Under the pieces are notes generated by a model. That model worked only from the letters and a program-made list of their open reading frames with translations. It searched no databases and was not told the DNA's origin. A DNA stretch of 56,301 bases, filler included, from Bipalium vagum (lineage: Eukaryota), in NCBI GenBank assembly GCA_037834085.1. It is 3 parts of 3 records of this genome, joined end to end, with 100 filler letters (N's around TTAATTAATTAA, not from the genome) between each part and the next. Parts side by side here need not be neighbours in the genome. Positions count along the whole stretch, not along the records: positions 1 to 15,861 come from JBBMKC010141664.1; 2 more parts are not named here. One strand, written 5' to 3'. Both the position numbers and the translations under genes were made by a program. How positions within the stretch are numbered: the first letter of the stretch is position 1; every line of letters begins with the position of its first letter. Positions 1-14,900 of this stretch are shown here, in pieces.

Positions 1-48
1 GCTTAAAAAATACATACATAAAAACTGTTTAATGTATTAATTTAAAAA

Positions 49-74
49 AATTGCTAATATTTTGGACGGCACTG
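49..74. mobile_element. Terminal inverted repeat end of a Tc1-like element extending left of the window
   Basis: ...TTTTGGACGGCACTG|TA; the reverse complement TA|CAGTGCCGTCCAAAA is a typical Tc1 TIR start with a TA target site. The partner end is not in the window. Confidence 0.5.
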
Positions 75-94
75 TATGTACCAATCTAATAGTA

Positions 95-1173
95 CAGCCT
101 AAACGTAGAAATTATACAGTGATCGAGTGGTTGGATTTAATAATCAAGGATGTGGTAAAACAATTTTAAAAACTGAAAATAATTTATTTATTTAATACAT
201 TAAAATATTATTATTTTTTCTTTTTAGCCTAATTTTGGACATGAAATATTTGTCATATTCTTGAAGACTGTTTAATTGTTTGCTAATCACATCAACGCAT
301 TTCAACATGAATTCTTTAAATTTTAAAAATCAATTATATTCGACGTCAAACGAAACTTTCGATTTCTCACCTTTCATTTCTTCAGTCTCATTATCCTCAC
401 TAACATTTGATATGAGCCAGTGAAAATATTTTGATTTAAAACTTCTTATTATTCCTTTGTCTAATGGTTGGGTGATGGATGTTAGATTGTGTGGTAAAAA
501 GATAATTTCGATATGTTTTGGTTCAAATTTCATTTTATGTACTGAACAATTCTCACATATTTACATAACTTTTCGATTTAAACGAAACAATTCTACATTC
601 AATTTCATTATCCATTCATTAAAAATTTTGTAGAAAAGTGCTGTTTCGTCAAAATTAAAGATATCAGCAGCTCTATATCCTTCCATGTTAGTTTTGATAC
701 TTTGATAAAATTCATTGAAATCATTTCTATTTATATTTGAATCTCTCTATATAACACTTTTAATTACATAATGCAAAAATTGTTGTGTAATTATTTCTTA
801 TAACTTACATATGTTTCTTGATCTTAAAGATTGGACAACCTGAATAGGTTTTTTCCTTTAAAAAATCGACCTCCCATAGCTCTCATGCTTACATCAAAGC
901 CAACTTCATCAATAAAAGTACATTACTTTCAGAAACCTGAGAAGGAAGTTTAATAAATTCTTGTACACAACTAAATCTTGAAAAATAATCAAAATAAACT
1001 AATATACACAGTAAAGTCAAATTTAAACCACACAATGTCAAAATTAAACTTAACATTGTCAAAATAAACCTATACAATGTAAAATTAGAGGTGAAAACGG
1101 TGTAAATTGTGTAATAATAGCGAAAAAGTTTAATTTTATAAGCTCTAGTGTCTCTTATAGATAGGTCTGGCTG
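95..1173 (-). mobile_element. Decayed, internally deleted pogo/Tigger (DDE_1) DNA transposon
   Basis: Minus-strand remnants DIFNFDETALF (~635-665) and IFLPHNLTSITQPLDKGIIRSFKSKY (ORF 330-533). Both ends read TA|CAGCC inward. Degenerate ~21-bp subterminal repeats at ~1005-1090. Confidence 0.75.
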
Positions 1174-1344
1174 TATTAACAATTTTTAAAGATGAAATAT
1201 GTATTCAATTAATATGAAGTTTGAAAAAAATTTTGAAATAATCTTTAAATGAAATAAAAAGTATTTGCTTTTTAGAAATTAAAGGTTTTAAGTATTCAAA
1301 AAATATTCTTATGTCAAAAATATTTTAAAAATATATTCTTACAG

Positions 1345-1595
1345 ATTTTGCCCGCTGCACAAAACATCCTTGACGAATTATTAGCATCAACATGTACTCC
1401 AATGAAATCTGTTAGAGGCGCACCTGGTTTGTCAATTAAATATTGTTGAGCAACATTGTTAGTAAACATTTTAGATTTAACAGCAGGATCATCTTTTGAA
1501 GACCTGTCAATGTGGTTTTTTGATCATTCATATATTCAGGGAAACATTTCAAAAATTCTTCAAAAGTTTTGTGTTCCGAAGCCTGTTGTTTACGG
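1345..1595 (+). CDS. ZSWIM8: ZSWIM8 exons 1345-1426 and 1475-1595 (48-nt intron); absent from the ORF track
   Basis: Hand translation: ILPAAQNILDELLASTCTPMKSVRGAP/DLTAGSSFEDLSMWFFDHSYIQGNISKILQKFCVPKPVVYG. Canonical splice sites. Confidence 0.88.
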
Positions 1596-2868
1596 GTATT
1601 TTAGAAATACGTTTTTTTAAAATTATTAAGAATATATATCTTTTAATTTGTTAGCCTAGTAATAATTGTAATTTTTATGTTCAACCAATTTAATTTATTA
1701 GTATATATTTATTTTTAAAAATATTTAATTTCTAGTATAAAATTTAACAATTTCTATAATTGATCTAACATCGAGTTCTTTTAATTTATAAAAAAAAGTC
1801 GATTTCCATTTAAGTATTTTATATTAATTAATTCTTTTAATTTTTAAAATGTTTTTTTCCAAGTATGAGAAGAATTTGGGATATTTTAACTTTTCTATAT
1901 TTGATAAAGAATTACTAATATTTTTATTCTTTTATTATCAGATTTCCTCAAAAATTTATTAACTACTAACTTATTTTTTAGTTTAATTTTATAATGGAGG
2001 AGATGATACTTGTACAGATAAATAATCCAGATTTATTTAGATGGTAAATACACGTCATAATATAATTTTGAAATAAAATCAAATTTGTTTCTATCGTTAT
2101 GTGCTACTATAATTATTTAAAATTTCAGAAAATGTTTATATATTCAATTTTTTAGATCTAAACATATCACCATTTATCCAAGACTAATATGATCTATTCT
2201 TATTAAATATTTTATAAAGAACGAAAGTGCTGTATGAAGCCACCGAATACCTTGTGAGATTTTTGGAGGTAATCATGAAAAATCTGGCTTTTAAATGACC
2301 TAGGAATCTACATAGATACATAAAATTTTCTAAATTGTCAAATTCCATTTTTAATTTTAATATTAAATTTTAAATAATTTAGACTAATTTTTAAAAATTT
2401 TATGTATCTGAGTAGATTTTAAGGTCATTTAAAAGCCAGATTGTTCATCGCAATCTTTTTGGCACGGAGGATACAATCTTCTTGCAGAGATTTTGAGAAA
2501 GTTTGCATCCTTCATCTTGATCTGCTTTCCATTATTTTTCAGCAGAAGTGTGTGTCATTACTGAAACTTTCTTTTTAAGGATACCCCCGATATTTTCGAT
2601 GGAATTTATGTTAGGAAAATTACCTGGTAAGAGTAAGAAATCAATATTTTCATTTTTTAAGAAAGTCTGGCTGGTTTTGGCTCTGTGGGGAAAAATGGAA
2701 ATTAATGTTCAATATTATCCATAATTAAATAAATTAATTTAATCTCATTGGATTTATTTATTTGTGAAATATTAAATTATTTCAAAATTCAAAAAATAAT
2801 GTCCTATTAATAATTGTTTCAAATATCAACATTAAATATGAATTTTGAAAAATATTAAGTTTATATAA

Positions 2869-2910
<42 letters not shown>

Positions 2911-5900
2911 TTCTTTATAATTGCGCAAAACGCATAGCATAAATGTATTTTGATGATTATCAGTCTTGGACAATATCTCCTCTGCTGTCTCTAACTTTTA
3001 CAGTAATCTTTTCCGATGAACAATATTATATCAATTTTTTTCACCATCCGTCACCAATTGTCTCAAAAGAACTATTTTGTTGTGCTTGATAAGCAATTCA
3101 AGGATTGTAAAGCGTGTTATTATGTAATAAATTTAAATATTAGGTCTACTGGAGAGTGTTTTCCGATTTGAGAAGTGGAATTTTATTTTCTTAAAACTTT
3201 TTTAAAAAAAGTTAAATGACTAATTTTTATTGCAATAAAATTATGGATTATAGTGAATCATTTGACCATCAACTCATTAATTATTGATTTATTTTATATG
3301 TAAAATTGAATAGATAAAGTACATATTCGTCATTTCATTCTTTATTGTACATGGTGGGATATGCGAGGACTCATTTATTATGAATTTTTAAGGATAAACG
3401 AAACTAAAGAACCTAAGAATCGAGGTGTTTTTTTTACTTAGCCTTAAGGATATGCTTGAGGTGGCTTCGATGGTGTGTGTGGTACGCTTAGCTTCTTTGC
3501 AATATTATGTATTGTTTTGTGACGATTTTTTCTGATTGTCTTTGAATTTTTCGTCATTGATGTCTAGTTGACTACCAGAACATTGATAATCTGTGATTGA
3601 AAAATCACAGGCCAATTACGAAAATATTGTTTTTTCATTAATCCTTTCCACACAGAAAAGTAAAATATTCCTCAAGTACGTGTTCTTTCATATTAAAGTT
3701 GACAAATAAAAACAATAACAAAGTGATTTATAAAATTAACTTACTGATCGAAATTTGAATTCATCAACTATTCTAATTTTATTGAAATGATTATTTTTTT
3801 AAAGTACATTTATATTGAAGTAAAATTGGTAATTCCTTTTTGCTAAAATTTACTTTTAAAAAATAATATAAATGTTTATTTAAGTTTAATGTTGTAATAT
3901 GTAACACGTCTACATTTTTATATATATGTGCAATTTTTAAGAGTACTTAGAGAATTATAATATATTGGATTTAAATTTATCAATCTTAAACTGAAGTGCT
4001 TTAAAAGTAGTTTAATTTATTTTAAAATTTAACTAAAATTTGAAAAATTATTGAAAATTTGTGGTTTAATTGATTTTTAATATTTTGTCAAGGTGTCAGT
4101 GATATTTACTTATTTGTGATGGTTTTGCTTTAAGTACGTCGTTATATTTACTTTATATTTCTAAGTGTGGAGCACTAAGAAATAGTACTAGATAAATATA
4201 TCTTGCAATGAATAAGATTATTTTATTATTGTATTTTTGAACAAATTTTGTGTACCAGAAAGTAACAATTTATTCCAAAATAGCTAAGAAAGCCTTCAAA
4301 TGATTCACTTTAGCATTATTTATCCACATAAATTTAGAAATTTTTTGTGTTTTTTAAAATTTGATAAAGGAAATATAATACAACTAAAATTGTTGTAGAA
4401 AATATTTTTAATTTATTAGGTTGATCAGAAAGTTTTTCACGTTTTTTTATATTCATTTTAAAACAGCATAAGTCAGCCGAAACAAAAACTTTATTAATTA
4501 AAAAAACAGAATTTACACATTTTCAAAAAAAAATGTTGATTTCCCATTCCAACGCGATAGAATTCAGTTGACCTAGAGACAATGAAATATTAGAATTCCA
4601 TTTTCGTTCTGAAATCTTTTTCCATTCAAATAATTTTGTAAATTTTTGAATCAATGGAAATTAGTTGACGAAAGATCGGGTGAGTATGGTTGATGTAGGG
4701 GAATTTCATAATTTAGGCTTCTCGGCTTATCCATGGTTTGCTGTATGCAGCCGGGCATTGTCATGCAATAAAATTGGACGTTTTCCATTGATCAATGTGG
4801 AGTACATTCTTTTCAACTTTAATGCATAATATCAATTTCTAGGTAGTATTTCTCTGCTGTTATCATTTATTCCTTTTACAGGTAATCGTAATGAATCACT
4901 TCTTTAGAGCACTACCATACCGTAACCATTATCTTTACATGTTGATTCAGTTCTAAGAAGGACATTCACAAATGTCTGAACTTTGTACTGAACGTTTAAC
5001 ATTGTTATATAGCAACTATTTTTCATCATAAGTAATCAGAAGATAAAGAAATAGCTCATTTTTCATCCTCAAAATGAGTTCTGAGCATATCTCAGCGCTT
5101 TATATTGATTTTTATGGTTAATTCATATGTCACCCATGTGTCCAGTTTCTTTGTATTACCTATTTGCTCCATATGACTAGAAACGGTCCCAATACTGACA
5201 TCTAGCCTTATCAAGTTTTCTTACTGTTTTTCGCTTTTCTTCTTCCACTGGAGTCTCTAAATCCTTGTCATCGTTTTGGAATGACGACCAATTCGTTCCA
5301 CATCCTCAAGGGATAAATTTCGATTACGGAACTTCAGGTTTCAACTTCGTACTGTTGACGGATTTACAGCACCATGGACCCAAACTTTTCGAGCAGTTTC
5401 AGCTGCTGTTGCATCCATTCGAAACGCATATCCTACATTAAAATGGGGAAAAGGTAGTGAAAATTTAATTTAAAAGCAAAACAGATTAATACTTTAAAGA
5501 GAGCAATATACAATCTTTTAAATGTTATATAATATTAAATAATTTCTAATAATTATTTTATTATTTTATTTATTATTCTTTTATTTATTATTATTTTGTT
5601 TATTATTATTTTATTTATTATTATTATTTATTATTACGTTTTATTTATTATTAATTTTAAATAATAGGTTATTTGAATTACAATTTTATTTACAATTTTA
5701 ATGTATATAAACAAAAAACGTGCAGAACTTTCTGAACTACATAATATTTAATTTTTTCATTATTTAATCCAAGAATCTTGAATCACTTCTGAAGCATGCC
5801 TGGCCAAATTACTCAACCTAAATGTTCATAACAAAATTTTTGTTTTCCTTGTCGTCTATCCAATTATACGAATTGTCAAAAAAAATGATTAGTAATCGTT

Positions 5901-8900
5901 AGAAATTTAATGAATTGAGTATATTGTCCATTGTCAAGAAATGACTCAATTGCGAAAAAATAATTATAATCACAGTTAAAATTTTTTTAAATTTTTTATT
6001 TTATTTCCCACAAAAATTCAAAAAATTTATTTATTTTAAACTTTTGTCTCTTTCAAAAACAATAAACATTAAGAAACATGTAAGTAAATGAAGTTTAACC
6101 GGAATTAGTATGTCTAAATGTATTTTTAAAATAAAACCTTTTCTATAATCATTTCAAATATGGATTTAAAGTGAAATGTACAATATTATGTATATCTTAA
6201 AATTCATTAATTAAATTAAACTATTATTAAATTTTTTTGTAAAATTTAGAGATCCTAGACATTTGTCTAACAACCTTCCTTTGCTTGCACAAGAATATCA
6301 AAACATCTTACGTCCAATGAGAGGCAAAGAACCAGAAAGTATATGGAATTTGATAAGTATAATTCGAGATATGTTTCGGAGAGAAGACAGGAATGCTTTA
6401 AGTTTGTTAAGAATACTTACTAAATGCCTGTTGGATTCAGAACCGGTTTGTTGATTGTTTATCATTATTTTTTTAAAAATAAAATATTTCTAATGATTGC
6501 TTAACAAATACATTTTAAATAAGTCATTAAATTAAATCTTAACATATATACATCTTTATAAATTCAATAAATAATGAGTATAAACATTAAAATCTGAATA
6601 TTTTAAAAAATTTTTAGTTCTTTATATTTATTTTTCTCAAAAATTGTGAAAAACGATTTTTAAGTTGAATTTTTTTAATGATTTATATTAGGTTGTGTAA
6701 AAATTTATGTCTCTTTTTTGGAATAATATCTTAGTTGAATATTAATCGACAATCTTTAAGTTAATGAAATAAGCTTTGTATATTTTATTGAAATACCATT
6801 ACAATTATTAGTAGGTTTTGTTTTACCACTTTAAATTGATTTAGAATTATTATAGACAAATTTGAAATTCCCATGAGTTCTGAGAAAATTAAAATATGTA
6901 TGTATTATTAATTGAAGCTGAACATTCCGCAGCCGAGGCAACCCGTAACATCATGCAAGCATTTGGTGAGGGTAGGGTTACAGAACATAGTTCAGCGTTG
7001 GTATGTACGTTTTCTTTCCAGAGATTTTGGACTTGAAGATAAGTGAAGGTCGTCCGCCAGGTCTTCTCGATGAGGTTTTAAAAGAGCAGATTTAATCTTA
7101 TCCTTCCCAGACAGTACGTGAAATTGCCAAATTCTCAATGTTCAACCTAAGACCATTGCAAAATATCTTCATCATATTGTCAGTGTGGAACCATGATCGG
7201 TTGGTTCTACACAAATGGACTGAGAAGAATAAATGTCAGCGTCTGAGTATCAGCACTTCTTTGGACTACGCAACAACAATTACCATTTTTTGAATAGAAT
7301 TATCACCAGTGATGAGAAGTGGATCACATATCACAATTCTCGTCGCCCTGAGTGAGTTGAGTCTACATGGAAAGTGGTAAAACGAGGCATTCATTCCAAG
7401 AAGACAATGGTAAGTGTCTAGTGGTTAATGTCAGGTGTAATCTACTATGAGTTTCTCAAATGAAGCCAAACCGCAACATTTGATGTCTACTGCATTATGC
7501 TTGAAAAAGTCCATGAAAATCTTAAAATTCAGCAATCATCATTGGTCAACAGAAAAATTCCAATTCTCCTTCAAGATAATGCAAAACCTCACACGTCAAA
7601 ATATATTGTACAAAGATTGAAAGACCTCGGCTACGAAACACTTCCCAATCCTTCTTATTCATCTGATATCGCCATTACAGATTTATATTTATTCAGGTCT
7701 GTCAAACTTTCTTCCAGACAAGTCTTTAAAAACCAAGATGAGGTAGAAAATACCTTTTGCGAATTCATTAATTTCAAAAATCAGCAATTTTACAAATCAG
7801 GTATCGAAATGTTAGTGGAAGCAGATGGTAACTATTTCAATAATAATTTTTCAATAAATTTTATTGTATGAATTAATTATTTTTGTTCAAAGTTTGTGTC
7901 ATAAAACCGACATTACTTTTTACACAACTTGATATTTCTTAATAGATTTTTATGAAAATATTTTTCAAATCAGAAATATAATTAATTTAACTGACTAATT
8001 TTCACATGACTAGTTTATGATATAGAAAATAACTTTTTTATAAATAATGAAGATTTAATTAGTTAATTTAATTTTCATAGATAAGTTTACCAAGTATCTC
8101 TTTATTTAGATTATGATGTGGTGGTATTGTGTGAAACTAAATCAAGATTCTTGTATTAAATCAAACTCACAGTCCAACAATTCCTTACATTCTCCATATG
8201 CGTCAGCTTACTTTTGCGATGAAATGGTCCAGTTGTGGAGAATAGCTGCGTTGCGCTATTCCCTTCAAACATGCTTTTTTTTAACACGTCGAAGATTGCA
8301 AATGCATAGATCTGAATTTTTCAACGAAACTATTATGCATTTGATGGAAGAAATTCAATCAATACACAAATCCGTGATTAGGACTGCAATAACCTGCCTG
8401 GAGAAACCACCAAGCAGGACACTACTTAATAATACCAATAACAATACTAATAGCAATAGCAATAGAAACTCGTTTCTCCATTCTTCCAATGTCACTAATA
8501 TTACCTCATTCAGTAAAGAAGTATCTATCACTGACGAAGAAGTACAAAAACATTTTGTTGGTTTCAAATCTGCTATCGAAGCATGCAGGTTAAAAGTCTT
8601 AAAAATTATTCTTCTTGTTATTAAACTGCAAATAAGATTCGTTTTATTTTTTAATTATGTATAGTTAATATAGTTACTTTCAAAGTGTTGAAAATTCTTT
8701 TCACTATTTTTTTAAAATATTAAATTATTGATTGATGCGTATTATTTGGAAATGTCAAATATTGTTGTCTTAATATTAATATCATACCTAAAATATAAAT
8801 ATAAACGCATCAGAGAATATGAAATTTTTCTTCGCCATTTTAACTGCTAAAAAATTCTATAAAGCTTTCAAGGTGTTAAAAATTGATAATTATTTGGTTT

Positions 8901-11900
8901 TACTGGATCATGAGCAACCAACTCTTTGGAAATCATTACTCGCCAGATATAAATTTATTGAATATGTTCGTATTCGAAAATAGGGAATTTGACACGAAAA
9001 AATGCAGTTTACGAAATTGATTGTCTTTCAAAACATGTCAAAATTTTCATGGAAATTAAAATTACAAAATCAAAGGATTGTGTCGCCTGAAAAAGTACCT
9101 GCAACAGGTAATTGAGGAGAATGGTAATTATATTTAACTACTTATGTTTGTATAAATATATTTTATTTTGAAGTTTTCTGCTTGTTAGACTTTAAAGTAA
9201 GACTTTTTTTAAACATCCTATATTACTGTTTATTCTATTATCCACCAAAAGCGATATTTCAAAAAACCAGGCGTTAAAAGAAAATGGTGGTTAAGATAAC
9301 AATGACAACAACAAGATTACACAACTTTTAATCATGCAAAATAAATTTTAATAAGCCAGGTATCAAATGTATTTATATTTCCCCTTTTTTCAAAGATTTA
9401 GTAATTTTATTAATACCAATGGCATCATTTATATCAATCATTCTTGGTTGATTGAAATGAACCTTAATTTCCTGGAAAGGCTCATAACATTTTGTTGTTA
9501 AAATTCTTGGGTCTATTTCTGATTGATGGTCAACATCATATTCATGTATAGGTGGTATATTAATTGGTTCTGAAGCAATACCTAACAAAATATATTTTTA
9601 ATTGAAATCTATATTCAGAAAATCATTTTCACCGGTTGAATCAGGAATCTCTTTTTTATTAATAAATTCTTTATTTTATTATTTTTTTAATTCTTCACTT
9701 TCATATTGTTATTCGCTTAAAGAATTTTCGTGTTCATACCACATTTCATGTTTGAAGCAATTAACAATTCTCAATGTGCTAACTTTTTGCCAAGAAAAAT
9801 TTATAAATATCATTACATCCTTTACTAACAGCCTTTGTATGACTCAAACACGTTATTACCACTTTTAATTCTTTCAATGATTATTTGAATTTTTCTCGTA
9901 AATTTTGATTTAAATCATCTAATTATTCCTTGATACAATGATTGAATGTTAGATTGCAGACTTAGAAGCATATACAGAGGTTCAATTGATTTTAGCTCAA
10001 TGTCAATTCTGTGTGAAGGACAATTATTAACAGTACCTTTTTTTATACAAATGTTTTTTTCCACTAATTCGATTTTGTAAATCCTAAGGGGATCCGAAAT
10101 ACAAAGGCGGATATAAAAAGTAAAATATTAAAAAAAAAATTACAAATAATAAAACCGTGTTTTATTGTTCGATTTCGGTTTTGACGAGATCAACAAATGA
10201 AAATCGATTTTAATTGACATCACACATGAGACAATAGTGTAGAGAAAAATAGGTAAATAATAAAGAATTTAGCGATTGTTTACGTTATAAGCTTGCCTTA
10301 TATCTTCTATGATTACTTGATTTTGATAATCAAAAATTGAGCATTAAATCAGTAATTTATAATTAAGAAATTCAATATTATTAAATGTAAGAAATAATTC
10401 TAAACAAATTATTATTTTATTTAGAATGTGCATAAAAATGGAATTTAGTGGAGAAAAATGTAAAAAAATATCAAGAAAAATGACAGTTATGGATGAATTT
10501 TTAAATTTTGATAATGAAGAGAAGAAAAATGTAAGTAAAACTAATTGTTCCGTCCTATCAAGCAATGGAAATATTCATGAATATGAAATGAACCAAAGTG
10601 TAAGTCTTGAATCAAACTGGAAAAGACAAAAGGATGAAGAATATGAATTTTTCTCTAAAAACTGTGATAGTGAATCAATTCTTTTTGATGACATCAATAA
10701 AAATTTTGATGATACTTCTGTAAGAATAATTTTTTATTATTTTGTTTCTAAGTTCTATATTGTATTATAATTTGTAATGTTTATCAGTACAAACAATCAA
10801 ATAGAAATTGGTATAAGATTTTAATGGCTTTTATACTAATAATATTAAATTTGAATCAAATTATATATTGATTTATATTTAAAATATTTTTTCACTTACA
10901 TGATAAATTATAAAAATAAAATAATAATTAGTTTTTTATTTATTTTTCAAAATATTAATTTCATTATTAATGTATCGAGTTGTTGAAAATGATATCAGTA
11001 ATTTTATAATTTAAAGTTAAATCTAGATAGCATTTTCATTGATGTATGAATTTAATTGTACATTTTTCGTATAAGTTTTCATTTTCGCAAAATATAGTTT
11101 TGTAAATACCATTTATAAATGTTTATTACAAGCACAATAGTTACCAGTACTGTAATTCATTAAAATTTAAAATCATTAAAAAAAATTTTTATAATTTTAT
11201 AATTTAAAATATTTCTGCTAGTTAAAATATGCAAAATGTGAAGCTTTGTATTATCATGGATATCCAAATGAGGCTGCTCAATTAGCTTATGAATTGGCTG
11301 AGGCTATGGTAAAAGAAAAAATGGAAATATGTGAGAAATATTATTTATTGGCCAGAATGTCTCTCATACAAAAAGTCAATGAATATCAAAAATTAACTGA
11401 GATCAATCAATTAAATCACAGTTTCGGAAATTGTCACCAAGCTCAAAATGTTTTACAGCAGTCTCAAAATCAACAACAATCACATAGCAAAATCCACTTT
11501 TCCTCTGGAAACAAAATCGTACGCAGATATCGAGGATGTGTCCATAATAATTTTTCTAATAATACTCTGAATTCTATTAATTTGAATGGTTGCAACAAGT
11601 CTACAGAAAATCATATTGAAACTGATGAAGTATATGAGGTTATATTAATTTTTTCGAAATTTTCTTAAAATTCAAAAATTCTTTAATTATTTTAAATTTT
11701 TTCTTTTCATTAAAATTGAGGTCTGTGGAATAATATAAATGTAAGTAACCTTAATTAATAATGGATAAATGATATTTTTTATAAATAATTGAAATTGTTA
11801 CGCTTCATATTACTATGAAAACTTTGGTAATAAACCTTTCATTTATGTCAATAATGTGTTCGAAAATAATTGAATCAAAACAGTAACTATAAAACTTTAT

Positions 11901-14900
11901 TTGGTAAAAAAAAACGATACACAAATGAATGTCCGAAAATATTTACGCACAACAATTTAAAAATCGATTCCAATTCGAAAAAATGGCACCAATAGTCAAT
12001 GAATTTAAAAGCAAATCGAATGTCATAATAAATAAACCGTCGAATGTAAATTGCCAAAAGTGTTAAATAATGGTAAAATAAAAAAAGAAGAAAATATTGT
12101 ATAAAACTCGCACTGCTTTTGATGACGATTTGTTTGTAGATGACTCCCTAACCAGTATAAATATATATATATATTCCTTTGCATAATAATAATAGAAATA
12201 AAGAAAAATAAATATTCATTACAAAAGTTCTTCTGACAACAAATATTCTTTGAAAATAAACGTTTAAATTTCTAAATTCTGGCCAAGCCATTGAGCACTC
12301 TAACGTCTTTTATAATGATCAGTAGATCACTAGTCTTAATTGGGAGTGTAAAGTCCCTTTTTAGGTTTATATTTCTAAATCGATCTCTAATTGTGGACCA
12401 TGATCTAGTCATGCAAATTCTACATTGGACATTAATTTTGTATTAATTTTTTACTTGTAATTATAAATTATAATTATATATTATTATTATAAATTATTAT
12501 TAAATTATCCCAAATCCTTGTATCGGTTTTTAAAATTTGAAGGGCTGAAGGGTTTCTTGAAATTTTATTATTTTGAGAAAACCCGAGCCATATAACTGAT
12601 AAATTAAATTATAACGGTTATTATCTTTCAAATAATCTCTATCAATTGACAGCGAAATTATTTTTAAAATTTATTATTGCAATATCTAATCACGAGGAGG
12701 AATATTGTATTATTCGAAAAAACAGAGTTCATTCAAAACTAGCCCAACAGAAATGGTGTTCGATAGGAAAATCAGTAGAAATGGATGGTTTCTCAGGCTG
12801 TCAGTCCAGGGACAAAAGTATTCAGTAATCCTCACTAAAAGGTACTTCGAAGTTGGAGACAAGTTTCTGGTAAAAGTGGAAGTTCGAAACAAAGACCATG
12901 ATAGATTTATGGAACTCTAGAGAAAATTCAGAATCGACGATATATTCTGGAAGATGAAGAAGATTTGAAACAAAAGCTTATGCGGAGAATCTTTTGATTT
13001 AGTAAAGATGTTGCAAGTAAATGAATGCTAACTTTAGCGGAAAAATACAAAATTATGAATATCAAAACATTGAAAATGCTAATGAAACAACACTTTTTTC
13101 AGAATGATGCCCAAAAAGTCATTAAATTTGCAAGGGGAAAATGCCACGGAGGAATGAAAACAAAAGAGCGTCTGACAATTTTATTAACTGCGTTTGCTGA
13201 TGGTACTATGGGAAAGCCGTGGGTTATTGGAAAAAGTAATAATCCTCGATGTTTCAAACACATAGTCAAGCAAAAACTTCTGGTTTATTATAGAGCCAAT
13301 GCAAAATAATGGATATCATCAGAATATCTACAGAATACTTACAAAAATTAAATCAAGAAATGATACGTGAAAATCGAAAAATTCTATTATTCATTGAAAA
13401 CGCAACTTGTCATCATATTGTAAAATTATCAAACATTAACTTGGCATATTTCCCACCTAATTGTCTTGAAGCCTTTAAATAATGGATTAATACATTGTAT
13501 GGATGTTATGTATAGAAAAGCAATGTTAAATAAAGTTATTATATGTATGTATTCGCTCAAAAGTTCTGAGAATATCGTAACGAATATTACGAAACTGGAT
13601 GCAATTATAATTTTGAAGTGCTTTGAAAGACAAATCTACTAGTTATCTGAAAATCTCCTTCAACAAATGTGGATTTCCAATAGATTGTGAATCAGTTGAC
13701 AAGAAATATGGCTTAGATGAGCTACAGTTAATAATTTCAGAATCGTCATCTAAAGATAAAGATGTTAAATCTCTGTTAATAAATGCAACTGATTATGTAG
13801 ACATTGATATAACATATCTACACAGAAAACGACACCATAAATATTGAAGATTTTGTTCTGCAGAAAGAAATTCCAAGGACAGAATCTGATGAAAACATTT
13901 GAATTTGTGAAGAAATTTAAATGTCAGTTTCAAATGAACTAATTTCATCTTTAAAAATATTTAATGATTTTGCAACATTAAGTTTATTTTCATATGATGA
14001 ATAAAATTGAACGATGGAATTTTTAAATATATTGTGAATTGCACAATAATCCCATAGTGCATCGACAAACCAAACTTTTAGTTTTTAACAAATAAATTTT
14101 TAAACTGTTCTCTTTTAATGTAGTTTAGATTATATTGTGTGTTTATTACATCACAAACTCTTGCATACCTGCTTATCACGAGAAACTGTCTAAGCCGGAA
14201 AAATAAAAGTTCTTGGTCCCATTCATTTCCGGCTCTCGCAGGTTTTATATATATCAATTACAGATATAAAATTTATAAAGGTTTTTTTTTAATTGAATGA
14301 TCTTGGTGAAACGACAGCTTTCAAAATTGTGCATTAACAAATGTTAAAATCATACTCTGGATTTTTAGTACCCTTTTTATATTCTCTTTTGACTTTGAAT
14401 CGCTTTTCTTTACGTCTTTCTCAGTTAATAATTTTTTGATTATTTCATTAATTATTTTTTTGCCTGGATATAAGTTTTCATTAGACTTCCTTTAATATTT
14501 AATATATATTCCTTTAATAATATCAAATTCTTTTCTATATCTTTATAATTTAAGAATAGTGACCATACTCTATGATTTTACTCTTTTATTAGACCTCACG
14601 TATTTTTCATAACAGAAAATTATTTATTTCTGAAGTAAAATCTTTTTTTCTATATTTACTGAACTTAAATTTATTATTGCTTTTCTCTTTTTTATAATAA
14701 CATCATACAAACGGGTCTTTCTATTTTAAAAAATTAATTGTTATATAGCATAAAATATCATGTGATTCAAACAAATTTGAAGTATTACTTTTATAAATTT
14801 TTTACCAATTAAAATATTTTTAAAAAATATTTGATGTACGATAAATTTTTTTTATAAATTTAATATAAAAACTTAATGATATCAACTAAAGTATATATAA

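Noticed and set aside
1005-1100. Short periodic repeats considered as a CRISPR-like array (also 32800-32855, 46560-46635)
   Set aside because: Degenerate tandem units without unique spacers, in a eukaryotic TE context, with no cas genes.
889-1182. 97-aa hydrophobic minus-strand ORF
   Set aside because: Translation of subterminal tandem repeats of the pogo element; no true start or homology.
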